The notes under the pieces are model-generated. The model did not search any database. It saw only the letters and a list, made by a program, of their open reading frames with translations, and was not told the origin of the DNA. Shown in pieces: positions 1 to 8,261 of a stretch of DNA of 64,000 bases; the stretch's first letter is position 1; each line of letters opens with the position of its first letter. The DNA is from a bacterium (GTDB lineage: Bacteria > Krumholzibacteriota > Krumholzibacteriia > LZORAL124-64-63). Both the position numbers and the translations under genes were made by a program. The stretch is taken from contig JANOEP010000027.1 in assembly GCA_031441465.1 (NCBI GenBank), positions 10,264 to 74,263 on the forward strand. The letters are read 5' to 3'.

Positions 1-825
1 GATGTCGAGCGCGGCGGCGGTCTCCAGCCGCGCGATCATCGCGGCGCTGAGCAGGCCTGCCAGATCCGGCCCGTAGGCCAGCGCCGCAGCGGCCGCCGGC
101 GTCATCCCGCGCACCGTCTCCCAAGCCCGCTGCAACTGGCGCACCGTCTTGCCCAGCCCCGCGACGGGCAGCACCTCGTCCTCGAGGCGGGTCAGGGTCT
201 CGGTCGCCAGGCAGTAGGCGAAGTAGGGTTCGTAGGGGTACTCGCGGGAAGCTTCGCGCAGCAGGCGGCGGTTGCGTTCGCCGCGGTTCGCGGCCCGGTC
301 GGGACCGCCGTCGTGGATCAGCGCGAGCTGCGAGCCCCTGATCCCGAGCCCGCGGGCGGTCGCCCAGTTCTCCAGGGCGATCTCCACCGTCTCGTGGACC
401 GGGTAGCAGTAGCGGACGTAGGGGTGGTTGCGGAACAGGCGCACCTGGGTCGCCGTCTCGTCGCCGCGCTCCTGGCCGCCGGCGAGGATCGCCACCCGGT
501 AACCGGCGGCGTCCGGCTCCGACAGCAGGCGCTGCATCTCGACCGGGCGCACCGGCTGCAGGCGCTCGTCGGCGTCCAGCACCAGGATCCAGTCGCAGCG
601 GGCCTCGGCCAGCACGGCGTTGCGCGCCGCGGCGAAGTCGTCTTCCCACGGGACGTCGACCACGCGGGCCCCGTAGCCCTCGGCGATCAGGCGCGTGTTG
701 TCGGACGAGCCCGTGTCGCCGATGACGATCTCGTCGACCACCGCCAGGGCCGACTTGATGGTCTGGCCGATGGTCGATTCCTCGTCCTTGGCGATCATGC
801 ACAGCGTGACGGTTTTGCGTTTCAT
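1..825 (-). CDS. GT2 family glycosyltransferase (SunS/WaaE-like N-terminal domain), truncated by window edge
   Basis: Manual translation from ATG at 825: MKRKTVTLCMIAKDEESTIGQTIKSALAVVDEIVIGDTGSSDNT...WEDDFAAARN...WILVLDADER (GT-A motifs, DxD). Missing from the ORF track because it runs off the window. Confidence 0.88.
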   Translation of the reverse strand, partial: MKRKTVTLCMIAKDEESTIGQTIKSALAVVDEIVIGDTGSSDNTRLIAEGYGARVVDVPWEDDFAAARNAVLAEARCDWILVLDADERLQPVRPVEMQRLLSEPDAAGYRVAILAGGQERGDETATQVRLFRNHPYVRYCYPVHETVEIALENWATARGLGIRGSQLALIHDGGPDRAANRGERNRRLLREASREYPYEPYFAYCLATETLTRLEDEVLPVAGLGKTVRQLQRAWETVRGMTPAAAAALAYGPDLAGLLSAAMIARLETAAALDI

Positions 826-1016
826 ATCGCGGGTCGCACCTGATCGTGATGGTGGTTCAAGGCCGCTCCTTCGCCTCCGGCGCTCCCTCGAAGATGATAT
901 CGGCCGGCGACGGCTCCGGTTTAACCCGCTGTTGCCAGAAAGACGATTCTTCCGCATCATGCCCGGCAACGGGCCGCCGGACGGCCCCACCGGACCCACG
1001 GCCACCGGGGACCCCC

Positions 1017-1565
1017 ATGCGCTTCAGCGACGACCCCTTCGCCCGCCCCGCCGACCGGCTCGACCGCGCCTCGCTGGCCGGCCGGGACCGGATGCCCGTC
1101 ACGGCCCTGCTCGACGGCATCCGCAGCGCCGGCAACGTGGGTTCGATGTTCCGCACCGCCGACGCCGCCAACCTCGGCGGGCTCTACCTCTGCGGCATGA
1201 CCGCCACCCCCCCGCGCCCCGATATCGAAAAGACGGCGCTCGGCGCCACCGAGACCGTCCCCTGGGACTACCGGCAGGATCCGGCCGCCGCCGTCGCCGA
1301 CCTGCGGGCGCGCGGCATCCAGGTCGTCGCCCTGGAACAGGCGCCGGGGGCTGTGTCCTTCGAGGACTTCCCCTACCGATTCCCGGTCTGCTTCGTCGTC
1401 GGGCACGAGGTCAGGGGCGTCGGATCCGCGACGCTGGCAGCCGTCGACGCCTGCGTGGAGATCCCGATGGCCGGCGCCAAGAAGTCCCTCAACGTCGCCG
1501 TGAGCTTCGGCGTGCTGGCTTTCCACCTGCGCCGCGTGTGGCTGACCGCCGGGAGCCCGCCTTGA
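1017..1565 (+). CDS. TrmH/SpoU family RNA methyltransferase
   Basis: SPOUT motifs IRSAGNVGSMFRTADA, VVGHEVRGV, EIPMAGAKKSLNVAVS; start trimmed to ATG 1017. Confidence 0.9.
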   Translation: MRFSDDPFARPADRLDRASLAGRDRMPVTALLDGIRSAGNVGSMFRTADAANLGGLYLCGMTATPPRPDIEKTALGATETVPWDYRQDPAAAVADLRARGIQVVALEQAPGAVSFEDFPYRFPVCFVVGHEVRGVGSATLAAVDACVEIPMAGAKKSLNVAVSFGVLAFHLRRVWLTAGSPP

Positions 1566-2173
1566 GCGCCCCGCGCCCGGGTCGCCGAGCGAGCGACCGA
1601 CCGCCCTACCGATCTCCGTGGCGGCACCGCGCCTTCGTGCTGGCCGTGGCGGCGGTCCGCGTCCTGCTGGCGCGGGCCGGCCGGTCGGACGAGTTCCTGA
1701 TCCGCCGGCTCGTGACGGACAACAACCGCCGCGTCGAACGCCGCCTCGCGGCCCACGGCGCCGCGACGGTGCTGCTGATCCTGCCGCGGTGCGTCAAGCG
1801 GGGCTGCTGCAAGCTCGACAACGGCGGTTCGCTGTCCGTCTGCCTCGGCTGCGACCTCTGCGACCTGGGCGCGCTCGCGCGCATCGCCGAACTCCACCGG
1901 GTCGATGCGCTGGTCGCCTTCCGCAGCCACGTCGCCTTCGCCCTGGCCCGGGAGCGCCGGCCCGACCTGATCATCGCCACCGCCTGCGGGGACCGTCTGC
2001 TCAAGGCCCTGCGCAACGTGCCGGAAATCCCGGCCCTGCTCGCACCGCTGACCGGCATGGAGCGCATGTGCGTCAACGCCACCTTCGACCCCGCGTGGTT
2101 CGCGGCGCAGCTGCGCCTGGCGACGGCGAAGAGGGAGGCGGAGCATGACGCGCACGCGACGGCTCGGGCGTAG
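1562..2173 (+). CDS. DUF116-like Cys-rich protein
   Basis: TTG at 1562 overlaps the trmH stop; LLILPRC...CC...CLGCDLCDLGAL...IIATAC...C pattern typical of DUF116. Start codon uncertain. Confidence 0.7.
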   Translation: MSAPRPGRRASDRPPYRSPWRHRAFVLAVAAVRVLLARAGRSDEFLIRRLVTDNNRRVERRLAAHGAATVLLILPRCVKRGCCKLDNGGSLSVCLGCDLCDLGALARIAELHRVDALVAFRSHVAFALARERRPDLIIATACGDRLLKALRNVPEIPALLAPLTGMERMCVNATFDPAWFAAQLRLATAKREAEHDAHATARA

Positions 2174-3113
2174 GCTGCTGGGCTCGTCGTTCGACTACCT
2201 GCTCTTCCTGCGCCCGCGGCAGTGGCCCATCCTGACCGCCCAACTGGCGGTCGGCGTGCTGGCCGCCCCGACGGTCCACGCGGCGATCGTCACGCTGCTG
2301 CTGCCGGTGAACCACCTGTCGGCGGCGCCGGCGCGCCCGGTCGCCCTGCTGCTGGCCTGGTTGGCCTGGGTCCTGTGCCTGAACGGAGGCACGCTGGCCT
2401 TCAACAGCGCCCACGACCGCGACGAGGACGACATCGCCTACCTGCGCGCCCCGCCGGCGCCGCCGCCCCGCCTGGCGGCGTTCTCCCTGGGCCTGATGGC
2501 GGCGGGCCTGGTCCCCGCGCTGCTGGTCTCGCCGCGCTTCGCCCTGGTGACCGCCGTCTGCATGCTGCTGTCGGTCGGGTATTCGCACCCCGCGACGCGC
2601 TGGAAAGGCGTGCCGGGCCTGGATCTCGCGGTGAACATGGCGGGCTACGGGATGGGCACGACGCTGGCCGGTCTGTTGGCGGGCCAGGCGGCGGCCGGCG
2701 GTTCCGACGCGTGGCCCGGCGGCGCGGGTTGGCTGCTGGCCGGCGGCTTCGCCCTGCTGTTCGGCTCGTTCTACCCGATGACCCAGCTCTACCAGATCGA
2801 GTCCGACCGCGCCCGCGGCGACCGCACCCTGGCCACCTCCCTGGGCGTGACGCGCTCGCTGGACCTGGCCCTGCTGCTCGCCGTCGGCGCGGCGGTTCTG
2901 CTGGTCCGGGCCCAGACTGCCGGATCGGCGCCGCAGCCGACCCTGATCCTGACGCTGGCGATGTGGTTCCTCGTGACGGCGCTGTGGCGCCGGCAGGCGC
3001 CGGGCCTGGCGGCGCGCCGGCACGAAGCCCGCATGTACGCGGCGTTGGTCGTGTGGGTGTTGATCGATGCGGCGGTGCTGGTCGGGCTCTACGCCGAACT
3101 CTGGACGGCCTGA
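2145..3113 (+). CDS. UbiA family prenyltransferase
   Basis: Polytopic membrane protein with LRPRQW, Asp-rich NSAHDRDEDD and YQIESDRARGDRTLA motifs. Confidence 0.85.
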   Translation: MTRTRRLGRRLLGSSFDYLLFLRPRQWPILTAQLAVGVLAAPTVHAAIVTLLLPVNHLSAAPARPVALLLAWLAWVLCLNGGTLAFNSAHDRDEDDIAYLRAPPAPPPRLAAFSLGLMAAGLVPALLVSPRFALVTAVCMLLSVGYSHPATRWKGVPGLDLAVNMAGYGMGTTLAGLLAGQAAAGGSDAWPGGAGWLLAGGFALLFGSFYPMTQLYQIESDRARGDRTLATSLGVTRSLDLALLLAVGAAVLLVRAQTAGSAPQPTLILTLAMWFLVTALWRRQAPGLAARRHEARMYAALVVWVLIDAAVLVGLYAELWTA

Positions 3114-3117
3114 GCCC

Positions 3118-4212
3118 TCAGAACTGGGCGCGCCAGCGGCGGTCGAGCACGCCGCCCGGCTGCACGCCCAGGGCCTCGAACTCCGCGAGCACCCGGTTGA
3201 TCAGGCGGGCCTTGTCGGCGAGCGGCAGGAACGCGCTCTTGAAGCCGTCGAGCAGGATCTTGGTGACCTGCTCCACGCTCAGGGCGTAGTGGGCCACGGC
3301 CAACTCCAGTTCGTGGGTCATCGTGGTGCCCGACACCAGCCGGTTGTCGGTGTTCAGGGTGACCCGCAGCCCCTCGTCCAGGAAGCGCTTGATGGGATGG
3401 TCCGACCAGCGGGCGATCGCCCGGGTCTGCATGTTGCTCGCGAGGCACACTTCCACCGCGATGCGGCGGTCGTTGACCCACTGCATCAGATCGGGGTCGC
3501 GGACCAGGTTGGTGCCGTGCCCGATCCGGTTGGCGCCGCAGTAGTGGATGGCCTGGTGGATGCTCTCGGGGCCGAACGCCTCGCCCGCGTGCACCGTGAC
3601 CGGCAGGTTGTGGTTGAGCACCACGAAGAAGGCCTGCCGGTGGTCCTTGGCGGGAAAATCCTTCTCGGCGCCCGCCAGGTCGAAGGCCACCACGCCCCGC
3701 CCCTTCCAGCGCACCGCCAGCTCCGCCAGTTCCACCGACGAGGCGGGCGAAATGTGTCGGATCCCGCAGATGATCTGCCCGGTGACGATGCCGTAACGCC
3801 GGCGCGCCAGGTCGAGGCCGCGCTGCACCGCGGCGACGATCTCGTCCAGGGTCAGCCCCCGCACCGTGTGCAGCATCGGCGAGTAGCGCACTTCCATGTA
3901 ACGGATGTTCTCGCGGTGCGCGTCCTCGGCCAGTTCGAAGGCGATCCGTTCGATGTCGCCGGCGTGCTGCATGAGCTGCAGGGTGATGTCGAAGACCTTG
4001 AGGTAGTCCTCGAGGCTCTCGCACTGCTCGCCCACCTCGCAGACCGCGCGCACGTCGTCGTCGTCGCGGAAGGCGAAGGGCAGGTCGTGGCGCGCCGCCA
4101 GTTCGCGGACCGTGGCCGGGCGCAGCGAACCGTCCAGGTGGACATGAAGGTCGGTCTTGGGGAGGGCGTGCAGGAGTTGGCTGGTGGCCCTGTCGGTCAC
4201 GTCGGTCGTCAT
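3118..4212 (-). CDS. add: adenosine deaminase
   Basis: LPKTDLHVHLDGSLR, DLAGAE, TVHAGE, RIGHG, LNTDN motifs; AGGAG RBS before ATG 4212. Confidence 0.93.
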   Translation of the reverse strand: MTTDVTDRATSQLLHALPKTDLHVHLDGSLRPATVRELAARHDLPFAFRDDDDVRAVCEVGEQCESLEDYLKVFDITLQLMQHAGDIERIAFELAEDAHRENIRYMEVRYSPMLHTVRGLTLDEIVAAVQRGLDLARRRYGIVTGQIICGIRHISPASSVELAELAVRWKGRGVVAFDLAGAEKDFPAKDHRQAFFVVLNHNLPVTVHAGEAFGPESIHQAIHYCGANRIGHGTNLVRDPDLMQWVNDRRIAVEVCLASNMQTRAIARWSDHPIKRFLDEGLRVTLNTDNRLVSGTTMTHELELAVAHYALSVEQVTKILLDGFKSAFLPLADKARLINRVLAEFEALGVQPGGVLDRRWRAQF

Positions 4213-4247
4213 CGCGATGCTCCTGTCGAACACCCGGGGGTCATAGC

Positions 4248-4565
4248 ATCCTGGGCCGGGGACCCCTTTGGGACCCGGCCCAGGATAGAAAGCGCCGATG
4301 CGGGCGATGGTCCTCCAGGCCTGAAGGCGACTCATTTCCCCAGGCACTGATGCCGGCCGCTCCGCAGCCACGAGTCAAGCTGCGTGGGACCGCACCGACC
4401 CTGTGCTGACAGGCTGGGCCTTCAGCGAATGATGATACCTCGCCACCAACCCGAAGGCAACCCGTAGGTTGTGACGGCGAAATTGTCCCCGGCCGGACTC
4501 GTTCTGTCACCCGGGCCTGGACCTTGGACTTTCGGACCGGCAGCCTCTTTCCCGATGGAATCTTA
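4248..4565 (-). ncRNA. candidate structured 5' leader RNA upstream of add
   Basis: Three-way junction with cUACGg and cUUCGg tetraloops, a multistem domain closed by CUGAAGGC/GCCUUCAG, and a 13-bp perfect stem at 4248-4286. No known family recognised. Confidence 0.45.
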
Positions 4566-4926
4566 ACTGTCATGAACATAAAGTCTTATCCGGTGAGCGG
4601 CTCCACGCCCGCCGCCGATACTGCCTGGGTTCGACTCGCCGCGCCCCTTCCGGCGGCGAGCCTTCCGTCCCTCCTCACGATTCGAGCGATCCGACTTCCT
4701 GCCGAGTCTGCCGATCGTGAGACCGTCACTGCCGCGGCCGACCGGTCGAGCCCGATGCGCCGTGCGTTCGCTGCTTGTCCGCTCGCGAATCGCCTGGCCT
4801 GGACGGTGTGACTGCACTTCCTGATCCCAGGGACAATCTCCCGGTCACAACCTGGACAACACCCTGGTGAAGCAGTATCTTCCATTCGCAGCGATGGACC
4901 CCCACCGCCCCGAAAGGAGCGCGAGC

Positions 4927-5724
4927 ATGCGTTCGCTCCCGAGTCCGACTCGGCCCCTCGCCGGTTTGGTCCTGATGGCGTTGCTCCTGGGCCTGGCGCC
5001 CTCGGTTTCCCACGCCCAGGACCCGGCCGCCGCCGCCGCGCCCGCCGACAGCGTTCAGGCCCCGGCGCCCACCCGGCTGCGGCACCCCTCGCTCCTGGCC
5101 GCCTCGGCGTCGTTCGTCCATCTGCTACCCCTGCACATCCTCAAGGAGAATGTCGCCGACATCAACGACCTGACCACGGCGGGTACGGGGGTCATGGCCG
5201 ACATCCGGGTGAACGTCCTGGACGGACTGGCCCTCTCGGTCGGCGGCATGCGCGGCGGCTTCGGGCTGCGCGACAACAAGCCCGGCGAGATGTCCGCGAT
5301 CAACGAGCGGTTCGTCGACAGCGACCCCATCACTCCGGACAACTACCTCCGGCTCGACGGCGTCTTTTTGAACGTCACCGCGTACCTGGGCAACAAGATC
5401 ACGCCCAACTCCCGCTTCAACCCCTACATGCGGGGCAGCGTCCTCTACTACGACTGGGCCCTGCACGAGGACGGACGCGGCAGCGACGTCGTCACCTACC
5501 AGGACCAGGCCCTCGAAGGCCAGAACCTCGGCTTCGGCGCCGGTTTCGGCACCGAGTACCGGTTGAACTCACGGGCGAACCTGGACCTGCAGTTGCTCTG
5601 GGGATACGTCCTGACCGGCGACGAGATCAAGTGGGAGGGCCTGCAGTCGCCGTTCAACGAGAGCTACTACTGGACGAACACCCACTTCTGGAACCTGTCG
5701 CTGGGACTGGTGATCGGGATCTGA
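4927..5724 (+). CDS. outer-membrane beta-barrel protein (OmpA/OmpW-like)
   Basis: AAGGAG RBS, Sec signal ending SHA-Q, amphipathic strands (FNPYMRGSVLYY, GFGAGFGTEYRL, WNLSLGLVIGI). Confidence 0.72.
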   Translation: MRSLPSPTRPLAGLVLMALLLGLAPSVSHAQDPAAAAAPADSVQAPAPTRLRHPSLLAASASFVHLLPLHILKENVADINDLTTAGTGVMADIRVNVLDGLALSVGGMRGGFGLRDNKPGEMSAINERFVDSDPITPDNYLRLDGVFLNVTAYLGNKITPNSRFNPYMRGSVLYYDWALHEDGRGSDVVTYQDQALEGQNLGFGAGFGTEYRLNSRANLDLQLLWGYVLTGDEIKWEGLQSPFNESYYWTNTHFWNLSLGLVIGI

Positions 5725-5747
5725 CCCGCGACCCTCCCGCTTGCACG

Positions 5748-5777
5748 AAGGCCGGCCCCGCGGGGGCCGGCCTTTTT
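5748..5777 (+). terminator. intrinsic terminator between convergent OMP and ahcY
   Basis: AAGGCCGGCCCC-gcg-GGGGCCGGCCTT followed by TTT. Confidence 0.8.
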
Positions 5778-5800
5778 CGTGCGGACGCCGCGGCCCGGGC

Positions 5801-7078
5801 TCAGGTGCCCGCGGAATAGTCGTCGGCGTAGAGGACCTGCTCGTCGGTCAGCTTGTCGAGCGACATGCCCATGGTGCGCAGCTTGATGCCGGCGATGTAC
5901 TGGTCCTGCGTCTCGGGGATGTCGTGGACGTCGGCGGCGAGGCTGCCGCCCTCGTGCGCGAGCCGGACCATGCTCAGGAACTGGTTCGCGAACGACATGT
6001 CCATGACCTCGCTGGGGTGTCCCTCGGCGGCGGCCAGGTTGACCAGGCGGCCCTGCGCCAGCAGGTAGATGCGCCGGCCGTCGCGCAGGGTGTACTCCTC
6101 GCAGTTGTCGCGGATCTCGCGCTTGCCGGTCGACAGCGAGGCGAGGTCGTCGATGTTGATCTCGCAGTCGTAGTGGCCGGTGTTGCAGACGATGGCGCCG
6201 TCGCGCATGACCTCGAAGTGCCGCTTGACGATGACGTCCTTCATCCCGGTCGCGGTGATGAAGATGTCGCCGACGGCGGCGGCCTCGTCCATGGTCATGA
6301 CCCGGTGGCCGTCGAGGGTCGCCTTCAGGGCGGCCGTGGCCTTGATCTCCGTGGCGATGACGCTGGCGCCGAGGCCGGACGCGCGCATCGCGCAACCCTT
6401 GCCGCAGTGGCCGTAGCCGGCGACGACGAAGTTCTTGCCGGCCAGCAGCACGCTGGTCGCACGGATGATCCCGTCGAGGCTGGACTGGCCGGTGCCGTAG
6501 ACGTTGTCGAAGTCCCACTTGGTCTCGGCGTCGTTGACCGCGATGACCGGGTACTTCAGCGCACCGTCGGCGGCCATCGCGCGCAGGCGGTGGATGCCGG
6601 TGGTGGTCTCCTCGGTGCCGCCGACGATCCCCCCGATCAGGTGCGGGTGGCGGTTGTGGACCGAGAAGATGAGGTCGGCGCCGTCGTCGAGCGTGAGGGT
6701 GGGCTTGAAGTCGAGGGTGCGGTCGATGCACCAGTAGAACTCCTCGACGTTCATCCCGTGCCAGGCGTAGATCGAGATGCCGGCGGCCGCCAGGGCGGCG
6801 GCCACGTCGTCCTGCGTGGACAGGGGGTTGCAGCCGCTCCACGAGATCTCGGCGCCCGCGGCGAGCAGGGTCTCGATCAGGACGGCCGTCTCCTTGGTCA
6901 CGTGCAGGCAGCCGGCGATGCGCATGCCCTTGAGCGACTGCAGCCGGGCGTGCTCCTCGCGCAGGGACATCATCACCGGCATCCGGCTCTCGGCCCAGTC
7001 GATCCGGCGCCGCCCGGCCGCGGCGAGGCCGGGATCGGCCACCTTGCTGGGAACGGCGCCGGCATGCTTGTTCGTCAT
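5801..7078 (-). CDS. ahcY: adenosylhomocysteinase
   Basis: GCLHVTKET, SGCNPLSTQD, LDDGAD, EETTTG, VNDAETK, DNVYGTGQS, GRLVNLAAAEGHPSEVMDMSF; AGGAGG RBS. Confidence 0.97.
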   Translation of the reverse strand: MTNKHAGAVPSKVADPGLAAAGRRRIDWAESRMPVMMSLREEHARLQSLKGMRIAGCLHVTKETAVLIETLLAAGAEISWSGCNPLSTQDDVAAALAAAGISIYAWHGMNVEEFYWCIDRTLDFKPTLTLDDGADLIFSVHNRHPHLIGGIVGGTEETTTGIHRLRAMAADGALKYPVIAVNDAETKWDFDNVYGTGQSSLDGIIRATSVLLAGKNFVVAGYGHCGKGCAMRASGLGASVIATEIKATAALKATLDGHRVMTMDEAAAVGDIFITATGMKDVIVKRHFEVMRDGAIVCNTGHYDCEINIDDLASLSTGKREIRDNCEEYTLRDGRRIYLLAQGRLVNLAAAEGHPSEVMDMSFANQFLSMVRLAHEGGSLAADVHDIPETQDQYIAGIKLRTMGMSLDKLTDEQVLYADDYSAGT

Positions 7079-7098
7079 CATCGTCCTCCTCTTGCGGG

Positions 7099-8145
7099 TC
7101 AGTGCGGGACGGGTCCCGCCTCGTCGGTCGCGGATGGGGCGGCCGCGGCGGGAGTCTTCTCCCCCACGGCCAGGAACACGTCGGGCCAGACCGCGCCGCG
7201 GTCCTGCAGGCCGGGCGGCAGGGAGACCCGAGCCAGGTCGATCTGCGCCGGACGGCGCACGAGGTAACGGCGCGGGGCGAGTGCGTGGCGCGCGAAGAAC
7301 GCCAGCATCTCCTCGCGGGAGAAACCGAGCCACTGGTGGGCCAGTTCCTCGCGCATCCACTGCAGATTGTGGCTCGTGAAGGCCACCACGACCACCTTGC
7401 CGCCGGGGCGCACCACGCGGGCCATCTCGCTCACGGCCTGCCCGGGGCTGGCAACGTGGTGCAGCACCATCGAGCAGTAGGCGGCGTCGAAGGCGCCGTC
7501 GGCGAACGGCAGAGCCTGGACGTCCGCGCTCCGGAACCGGACGCCGGCGATCTGCTCGCGCTCGCAAAGCTGGCGTGCGCGCTCGAGCATCGCCTCGCTG
7601 GTGTCCACGGCGGTGACGGTCGCGCCCGTTCCCGCGAGCAGGGGCAGCAGGGCGCCCGTGCCGGTGCCGATGTCCAGGACCGCGAGCCCGGGCGGAACCA
7701 GGGCCGCCACGGCGCCGGCCTGGATGTCGGGGGCCTCGAAGGCGGGGCGGATCTGGTCCCAGGCGCCGGCGATCCCCGCGAAGAACTCACCCGTGCGGCG
7801 GTCGCGGTCGGCCAGCACGCGGCGCAGCGCCTCGTCGTCGCCGGCGGCCTCGGGCACTCGGCCCGCCGAGGCGAGGACGGCATCCAGCAGGCCCGCATCG
7901 GCGCCCAGGGCGGACCGGTCGGCCAATCCGTACCAGCCCCAGGTCCCGTCCTTGCGATGGCTCAGCCAGCCCGCGTCACGCAGGACGGCCAGGTGCTTCG
8001 AGACGCCGGGTTGGCTCAAGCCGAGGATCTGCACCATGTCCTGGACGGTCAATTCTCCCCGCCCGAGCAACCGCAGCAGCCGCAGCCGCGTCGGATCGCC
8101 GACGGCCTGGTACATGGCTGCAGGGTGCTGGAATTGGGTGACCAC
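7099..8145 (-). CDS. sahR: SahR-type regulator (ArsR HTH fused to SAM-dependent methyltransferase domain)
   Basis: DPTRLRLL...SQPGVSKHLAVLRDAG HTH plus LDIGTGTG and MVLHHV...EMARVVRPGG; lies directly upstream of ahcY. Confidence 0.85.
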   Translation of the reverse strand: MVTQFQHPAAMYQAVGDPTRLRLLRLLGRGELTVQDMVQILGLSQPGVSKHLAVLRDAGWLSHRKDGTWGWYGLADRSALGADAGLLDAVLASAGRVPEAAGDDEALRRVLADRDRRTGEFFAGIAGAWDQIRPAFEAPDIQAGAVAALVPPGLAVLDIGTGTGALLPLLAGTGATVTAVDTSEAMLERARQLCEREQIAGVRFRSADVQALPFADGAFDAAYCSMVLHHVASPGQAVSEMARVVRPGGKVVVVAFTSHNLQWMREELAHQWLGFSREEMLAFFARHALAPRRYLVRRPAQIDLARVSLPPGLQDRGAVWPDVFLAVGEKTPAAAAPSATDEAGPVPH

Positions 8146-8166
8146 AGTCTCCGCCTGCCGAACAAT

Positions 8167-8186
8167 GAATCGCTAAATAACGATAC
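8167..8186. promoter_or_regulatory. candidate SahR operator
   Basis: Imperfect 20-bp palindrome gaATCGcTAaaTAaCGATac (ATC-N10-GAT) in an AT-rich patch about 20 bp upstream of sahR. Confidence 0.5.
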
Positions 8187-8261
8187 AGAAATATAAATGA
8201 GTTCCAGCCGTTCAGCAACCAGAAATGCCGACATGAAATACCTACGCGGGAGGCCCGGTCA

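Noticed and set aside
4300-4480. add leader as a purine, c-di-AMP or ZTP riboswitch
   Set aside because: Short motif matches (GCUGAA, GUCAGC, GCCUGGG) are in the wrong order or lack partner elements; kept only as an orphan candidate.
4626-4660. GGGTTCGACTC resembling a tRNA/tmRNA T-arm
   Set aside because: No acceptor stem, cloverleaf or CCA end; the adjacent sequence forms only a simple CTCGCCGC/GCGGCGAG hairpin.
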